A DNA stretch of 4,140 nucleotides, taken from the IMG/VR virus record IMGVR_UViG_3300029007_000047; one strand, given 5' to 3'. Below the pieces are notes generated by a model. The model did not search any database. It was given only the letters and a program-made list of their open reading frames with translations, and was not told the origin of the DNA. This document shows, one piece after another, positions 1 through 4,140 of this stretch. The stretch's first letter is position 1. Each line of letters starts with the position of its first letter. A program made the position numbers and the translations under genes. This DNA is from a virus. Lineage: Duplodnaviria; Heunggongvirae; Uroviricota; Caudoviricetes.

Positions 1-273
1 GAAGTCGCTTCCGGTGTGATGAACACGAAAACCAAAGGTAAGGTCTCACTCAACCTGGAAATCGAACCATTTGATGAGAACCGTGTGAAAATCAAACACA
101 AACTCTCATATGTTCGCCCGACTAACCGCGGGAAAATTTCCGAAGAAGACACCACCGAAACGCCGATGTATGTCAATCGCGGTGGTCGCCTGACTATTCT
201 GCAGGAAGACCAGGGACAATTACTGACTCTTGCCGGTGAACCTGACGGAAAACTCCGCGCAGCAGGTCATTAA
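1..273 (+). CDS. Hypothetical phage protein, 5'-partial (reading frame open from window start; stop TAA 271..273)
   Basis: Frame 1 is open from nt 1 to the stop at 271..273. The first in-window starts are GTG 16 and ATG 19, with no convincing Shine-Dalgarno upstream, so the gene most likely begins upstream of the window. It is co-directional with and 65 nt upstream of the yfdQ-like gene, where K-12 CPS-53 has yfdP, but I do not recognise the sequence. Confidence 0.55.
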   Translation, partial: EVASGVMNTKTKGKVSLNLEIEPFDENRVKIKHKLSYVRPTNRGKISEEDTTETPMYVNRGGRLTILQEDQGQLLTLAGEPDGKLRAAGH

Positions 274-338
274 TATCGTTCTTAATTAACTGATTATTTA
301 TCTCATCACTGAATATCTTTATATAGTGAGGACTTATT

Positions 339-1173
339 ATGTCTCAGAACTTAGACGCAACCGCAATTAATCAAATCCATGCCCTTATTTCTGCTCAGGG
401 TGTTAATGAAATTATCAGTAAGATTGGTGCCGATGCTGTGGCATTGCCTGAGAACTTCCGCATTCATGATCTGGAAAAATTTAATTTAAATCGCTTCCGT
501 TTCCGTGGTGCGCTTTCCACTGCCAGCATCGATGACTTTACCCGTTATTCTAAAGATCTTGCAGATGAAGGCACCCGCTGCTTTATCGATGCTGATAATA
601 TGCGTGCCGTCAGTGTGCTTAACCTGGGTACTATTGATGAACCAGGTCACGCAGATAACACCGCCACTCTCAAACTGAAAAAGACAGCACCGTTCTCTGC
701 TCTGTTGTCTGTTAATGGCGAGCGTAACTCCCAGAAATCACTGGCAGAATGGATTGAAGACTGGGCCGACTACCTTGTGGGCTTTGATGCTAATGGTGAC
801 ACCATTCAGGCAACAAAAGCGGCTGCGGCGGTCCGTAAAATCACGATTGAAGCAAACCAGACCGCTGATTTTGAAGATAATGACTTCAGCGGCAAACGCT
901 CCCTGATGGAGTCTGTCGAAGCGAAGACCAAAGACATTATGCCAGTGGCATTTGAATTTAAATGCGTTCCGTTTGAAAGCCTGAAAGAACGTCCGTTTAA
1001 ATTACGCCTCAGCATTATCACTGGCGATCGTCCTGTACTAGTTCTGCGCATTATTCAGCTGGNNNNNNNNNNNNNNNNNNNNNNNNNNNNNNNNNNNNNN
1101 NNNNNNNNNNNNNNNNNNNNNNNNATTCAAAGACAGCAAAGTAGAAACCTTTATTGGTACTTTCACCGCCTGA
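339..1173 (+). CDS. yfdQ: YfdQ-like prophage protein (DUF2303-type); 3' end uncertain because of the N-run
   Basis: ATG at 339 is preceded by GAGG (328..331) with a 7-nt spacer. An uninterrupted 241-codon frame runs to nt 1061; the N-terminus ([21 protein letters not shown]...) matches my recollection of E. coli K-12 CPS-53 YfdQ. The N-run 1063..1124 interrupts the 3' end. After it, a different frame reads [15 protein letters not shown] and stops at TGA 1171..1173, while the original frame would run to 1223 through a GC-rich hairpin. I chose 1173, but the true stop could lie inside the N-run. Confidence 0.75.
1063..1124. other. Run of 62 N (assembly gap or masked sequence)
   Basis: Directly visible as n characters; it removes the 3' portion of the yfdQ-like gene, and the reading frame cannot be carried across it. 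Confidence 0.99.
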
Positions 1174-1185
1174 TTTCATTACTGC

Positions 1186-1207
1186 AAATGCCCCTGCGGG
1201 GGCATTT
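1186..1207 (+). other. Perfect inverted repeat / stem-loop (9-bp stem AAATGCCCC, 4-nt loop TGCG, GGGGCATTT) between the yfdQ-like and yfdR-like genes
   Basis: AAATGCCCC (1186..1194) and GGGGCATTT (1199..1207) are exact reverse complements. No U-tract follows on either strand, so this is not a canonical intrinsic terminator. Confidence 0.5.
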
Positions 1208-1300
1208 ATGGAAACGTAATTGACTCAATAATCGCCGGATGGTGAGGGCTTCCTTTTACCAGAATTCAGCGCGGTGCAGCGCATATACGTGGAGAACAAA

Positions 1301-1876
1301 ATGTCATTTATTAAAACTTTTTCCGGGAAGCATTTTTATTATGACAGGATAAATAAAGACGACATCGTTATTAACGATATCGCGGTTTCTCTTTCAAATA
1401 TCTGTCGCTTTGCAGGACATCTTTCACATTTCTACAGCGTCGCCCAACATGCGGTGCTTTGCAGCCAACTGGTACCGCAGGAATTTGCTTTTGAAGCGTT
1501 AATGCATGATGCAACAGAAGCGTATTGCCAGGACATCCCCGCTCCACTGAAACGCCTTCTTCCTGACTATAAACAGATGGAAGAAAAAATAGACGCCGTA
1601 ATCCGTGAGAAATACGGGTTACCCCCGGTTATGAGTACGCCCGTGAAATATGCCGATCTCATCATGCTGGCAACAGAACGCCGCGATCTCGGGCTAGATG
1701 ATGGCTCTTTCTGGCCTGTGCTAGAAGGTATCCCGGCAACAGATATGTTCAAAGTGATTCCAGTGGCACCAAGCTATGCCTACGGGATGTTTATGGAACG
1801 TTTTAAAGAGCTGCATAAGATANNNNNNNNNNNNNNNNNNAGATACATAAGCAATCCTGACAGCGAAATTAACTAG
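1301..1876 (+). CDS. yfdR: YfdR-like HD-motif phosphohydrolase-family protein; 3' end uncertain because of the N-run
   Basis: ATG at 1301 is preceded by GGAGA (1291..1295) with a 5-nt spacer; the ORF-track start at 1274 is GTG with no SD. A 174-codon clean frame runs to nt 1822. It contains H-x3-H-x6-H (GHLSHFYSVAQHAV) and HD (LMHDATEAY) motifs typical of HD-domain metal-dependent phosphohydrolases. The N-terminus MSFIKTFSGKHFYYD matches my recollection of K-12 YfdR. The N-run 1823..1840 covers the expected C-terminus; the stop TAG at 1874..1876 is valid only if the frame is preserved across the gap. Confidence 0.8.
   Translation: MSFIKTFSGKHFYYDRINKDDIVINDIAVSLSNICRFAGHLSHFYSVAQHAVLCSQLVPQEFAFEALMHDATEAYCQDIPAPLKRLLPDYKQMEEKIDAVIREKYGLPPVMSTPVKYADLIMLATERRDLGLDDGSFWPVLEGIPATDMFKVIPVAPSYAYGMFMERFKELHKIXXXXXXRYISNPDSEIN
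1823..1840. other. Run of 18 N (assembly gap or masked sequence)
   Basis: Directly visible; it lies at the 3' end of the yfdR-like gene. Confidence 0.99.
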
Positions 1877-1915
1877 TGAAATAGTTTTGTAGCAAAAGAA
1901 ATGAGGTTATCAAAA

Positions 1916-2161
1916 ATGCTTCAAATGCTGACACTTGAGGAATGGGCTGCAGAAAAATTTAGGAGTAATCCTCCAAGTGTGTCCACATTGCGTCGTTATG
2001 CTAAGCAGAATTTATTTTGTCCACCGGCAATGAAACAAGGTCGACTGTGGCGAGTACGTGAGGACGCAGAGTTAGTTGGGGAATTAGTTACTCCAGTAAT
2101 CAAGAAAAGTGATTCTATTATTCTGCAAAGGATTTTAAGCAATGGCAGCCAGACCACGTAA
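1916..2161 (+). CDS. xis: Lambda-type excisionase (Xis)
   Basis: The translation MLQMLTLEEWAAEKFRSNPPSVSTLRRYAKQNLFCPPAMKQGRLW is collinear with the lambda Xis N-terminal region as I recall it (MYLTLQEW...R.LETVRRW....IFPPPVKDGREY). ATG at 1916 is preceded by GAGG (1903..1906); the in-frame ATG at 1901 lacks an SD and ATG 1925 is also possible. Stop TAA 2159..2161. The 3' end overlaps int by 20 nt, the classic xis-int arrangement. Confidence 0.85.
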   Translation: MLQMLTLEEWAAEKFRSNPPSVSTLRRYAKQNLFCPPAMKQGRLWRVREDAELVGELVTPVIKKSDSIILQRILSNGSQTT

Positions 2162-3269
2162 AAATAATGTTTCAGTACCTAACTTGTATCCGCTTTATAG
2201 CAGAAAAGTAAATAAAGTCTATTGGCGATATAAGCATCCAGTGACCGGGAAATTTCATTCGTTGGGCACAAATGAAGCTGAAGCTATTGCTATTGCCACT
2301 GAAGCTAACACTCGTCTGGCTGAGCAAAGAACCCGGCAGGTTCTAGCTATCAGTGATAGGATCGCAACCAGCAAAGGAAAAACTATAACAACATCATCAT
2401 GGTTAGAGCGTTACCAAGCTATTCAGGATGACAGGCTGAAAAGTGGTGATATAAAGCTCAACACCTATAAACAGAAAGCCAAACCAGTATCCTTGCTCAG
2501 GGAACGAGCAGGAATGAAGTTAATTTCATCCGTTGATGTAAGGGATATCGCACAATTGCTTGACGAGTATATCACTGCCGGGCAACCGAGGATGGCGCAA
2601 GTAGTCCGCTCCGTTCTAATTGATGTATTCAAGGAGGCACAACACTATGGGGAGGTCCCTCCTGGTTATAATCCAGCATTAGCGACCAAACAGCCCAGAA
2701 GAAAAATTACCCGACAACGGTTAAGTCTTGAAGAATGGCAAAAAATCTTTGATATCGCAGATGCCAGTCATCGTTATATGGGGAATGCCATGCTGTTAGC
2801 ACTGGTTACCGGTCAGAGGTTAGGTGATATCTCGCGTATGAAATTTAGCGATATTTGGGATGATCATCTTCACGTCATCCAGGAAAAAACCGGGAGCAAA
2901 ATCGCCATCCCGCTTTCCCTGCGCCTCAATGCAATTAACTGGAGTTTACGCGATGTAGTAGCCCGCTGCCGTGACTATGCAGTCAGCCCATACCTTGTAC
3001 ATTTTTTTCGTACGACTTCACAGGCTGAACGTGGCGCGCAGGTTAAAGCCAATACATTGACGATGAATTTCACTAAAGCGAGGGATTTGGCGGGAATTGA
3101 TTGGGGGGATGGAACTCCTGCAACATTCCATGAACAACGGTCTTTATCTGAACGTCTATACAAAGAACAGGGGTTAGACACACAAAAGTTGCTGGGACAT
3201 AAATCACCTAACCAAACAGCTCGATACCATGATGATCGTGGGAAAGATTGGGTTAAAGTAGCCCTCTGA
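2142..3269 (+). CDS. int: Lambda-family tyrosine integrase (site-specific recombinase), apparently intact
   Basis: 375-codon ORF. The N-terminal block (RPRKNNVSVPNLYPLY...WRYKHPVTGK) resembles the lambda Int arm-binding domain. Catalytic-domain blocks match lambda Int: LVTGQRLGDISRMKFSDI (Arg), QEKTGSKIAIP (Lys), TFHEQRSLSERLY (His-x-x-Arg), LLGHKSPNQTARYHDDRG (His and the nucleophile Tyr, codon 3225..3227). Stop TGA 3267..3269. Confidence 0.95.
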   Translation: MAARPRKNNVSVPNLYPLYSRKVNKVYWRYKHPVTGKFHSLGTNEAEAIAIATEANTRLAEQRTRQVLAISDRIATSKGKTITTSSWLERYQAIQDDRLKSGDIKLNTYKQKAKPVSLLRERAGMKLISSVDVRDIAQLLDEYITAGQPRMAQVVRSVLIDVFKEAQHYGEVPPGYNPALATKQPRRKITRQRLSLEEWQKIFDIADASHRYMGNAMLLALVTGQRLGDISRMKFSDIWDDHLHVIQEKTGSKIAIPLSLRLNAINWSLRDVVARCRDYAVSPYLVHFFRTTSQAERGAQVKANTLTMNFTKARDLAGIDWGDGTPATFHEQRSLSERLYKEQGLDTQKLLGHKSPNQTARYHDDRGKDWVKVAL

Positions 3270-3302
3270 CAAATGAAGGCTACTAGATAGCAGAAGACAC
3301 AT

Positions 3303-4140
3303 TTAGCGTACCGCTGGTTCTGCTTGAGCTGGCGGATCATTAGGTATGATCAAATTAAACTGACCACGAGCAACATGTCCGTTTTCGGTCACTTCTAAAT
3401 AGCTAATTCTTACTACCTCACCAGTCACAATAGCGGAGGCAAGCGCCTGTAACTCAACCGGGCGAGCAATATCCTCAGCTACTTTTATAGTAAAACTCTC
3501 TCCATTACTGACCCGGATCACACTTAAGTTTAACTCAGAGCTTGATATTCCGGATCGAGAGAGCCCCTTAATATAAAAGTTATCAAAGCGTTCTGTTCTT
3601 TCTCTGTCAACACTTTGCCTGTTTCGATAATCCTGAAGGGCTGCACCATCATATTGTTGATTTCCGATCTTTACGGACTCAGCATCTGACGCGACCGATT
3701 TAAGCAAAGAGGACTTTCCATCTTCACCATGTGCTTCAATTTCGCGGCTAAGACTAGTTTCTCCCCTACGTTTGACCTCTCTCCCCAACTCAAATGAGCG
3801 TGTCATACCATCTACTACCGTTTGAGTCGTCTGAGTTTGAGCATTTAAGTCTGCGGCATGATCTTGGCTATTTGTGTACAAATAATAGCAACCACCTACC
3901 GTCAAAGCGGTAATCAGTGCTAGCAAAATTGTCATTTTCTGAACGCCAGTCATACCTTCAAACGCTCCCGTGAGGAATGCAAGAAACTGATTAATGGTAC
4001 CTGACCAGTCAGTCTCTGAATCAGTAGAACCTTCCTTTATTTTAAATATAACATCCAAAGACTGTTTATCTTCATTAGTCAGCCTTTGTAAATTTGAGGT
4101 GCCATACTTCGCCAATGCATAAGCACGTTGAAATGACTCA
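3303..4140 (-). CDS. Uncharacterised membrane-anchored protein / candidate lipoprotein, 5' end beyond window (candidate prophage cargo gene)
   Basis: Long - strand ORF with stop TAA (complement of 3303..3305). The frame stays open to the window edge; the ORF-track start at 4115 is a TTG, not an ATG. An internal ATG (complement of 3951..3953) has GGGAG 11 nt upstream and begins MTGVQKMTILLALITALTVGGC, which has the shape of a lipoprotein signal peptide (basic n-region, hydrophobic core, Cys codon at 3888..3890 after VGG). Alternatively this is a signal-anchor of a larger bitopic protein. About 195 residues follow, charged and predicted soluble. I recognise no family. Rough hand counts give 37-39% G+C here versus 43-49% in the neighbouring genes. 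Confidence 0.8.
   Translation of the reverse strand, partial: ESFQRAYALAKYGTSNLQRLTNEDKQSLDVIFKIKEGSTDSETDWSGTINQFLAFLTGAFEGMTGVQKMTILLALITALTVGGCYYLYTNSQDHAADLNAQTQTTQTVVDGMTRSFELGREVKRRGETSLSREIEAHGEDGKSSLLKSVASDAESVKIGNQQYDGAALQDYRNRQSVDRERTERFDNFYIKGLSRSGISSSELNLSVIRVSNGESFTIKVAEDIARPVELQALASAIVTGEVVRISYLEVTENGHVARGQFNLIIPNDPPAQAEPAVR

Noticed and set aside
49-70. GGTTCGATT motif on the - strand resembling a tRNA T-loop
   Set aside because: Only a 3-bp flanking stem, no acceptor or anticodon arm, and it lies inside an open reading frame; not a tRNA or tRNA fragment.
281-338. AT-rich intergenic region with a TTAATTAA palindrome and TATATA (320..325) as a possible sigma-70 promoter for the yfdQ-like gene
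   Set aside because: The -35/-10 candidates are weak and poorly spaced. In lambdoid phages this region is usually read through from an upstream early promoter, so a promoter call is not justified from sequence alone.
715-906. 63-aa + strand ORF nested inside the yfdQ-like gene
   Set aside because: It lies wholly inside a longer, better-supported ORF in another frame, has no SD and a low-complexity basic translation; typical shadow ORF.
806-1051. 81-aa - strand ORF antisense to the yfdQ-like gene
   Set aside because: Antisense shadow ORF within a coding region; no ribosome-binding site and no recognisable product.
1125-1223. Frame-0 continuation of the yfdQ-like ORF after the N-run ([32 protein letters not shown], stop at 1223)
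   Set aside because: The translation is not protein-like, it would place a perfect GC-rich hairpin inside coding sequence, and the alternative frame gives a plausible C-terminus ending at 1173. It cannot be fully excluded because of the gap.
1274-1300. Upstream GTG start (1274) for the yfdR-like gene, as given in the ORF track
   Set aside because: The codon at 1274 is GTG with no SD, whereas ATG 1301 has a well-placed GGAGA and begins the sequence I recall for YfdR.
1567-1752. 61-aa - strand ORF antisense to the yfdR-like gene
   Set aside because: Antisense shadow ORF; serine/arginine-rich translation typical of a non-coding frame.
1901-1915. ATG 1901 as the xis start
   Set aside because: No SD upstream of 1901, whereas GAGG at 1903..1906 is correctly spaced for ATG 1916. 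The 5-codon difference does not change the call.
1914-1929. Direct repeat AAATGCT x2 (ATGC-N5-ATGC) at the xis start, reminiscent of a CII-type TTGC-N6-TTGC activator site for a pI-like int promoter
   Set aside because: The tetrad sequence and spacing both differ from the lambda CII consensus, and a 7-nt repeat in AT-rich DNA can arise by chance; not supportable without CII-homologue data or transcript mapping.
2975-3340. 121-aa - strand ORF spanning the int 3' end and the end of the convergent gene
   Set aside because: It overlaps two well-supported genes on both strands and its translation is Cys/Arg-rich and not protein-like; considered spurious.

Overview
This window looks like the integration-proximal end of a lambdoid (lambda-like) prophage or phage genome from an enterobacterial, E. 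coli-type host. Five co-directional + strand genes are present: a 5'-truncated ORF (1..273), a YfdQ-like gene (339..~1173), a YfdR-like HD-motif gene (1301..~1876), a lambda-type excisionase xis (1916..2161) and a lambda-family tyrosine integrase int (2142..3269) that overlaps xis by 20 nt. Converging on int from the - strand, 33 nt away, is an AT-richer gene (3303..>4140) for a membrane-anchored or lipoprotein-type protein I cannot assign to any family. It is the best candidate for an undescribed cargo function, but its 5' end runs off the window. Two N-runs (1063..1124, 1823..1840) hide the 3' ends of the yfdQ-like and yfdR-like genes. I see no tRNA, rRNA, CRISPR array or transposase, and I could not locate the attachment core from sequence alone. 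Gene names rest on my recollection of the E. coli K-12 CPS-53 proteins and of lambda Int/Xis, not on a database search.
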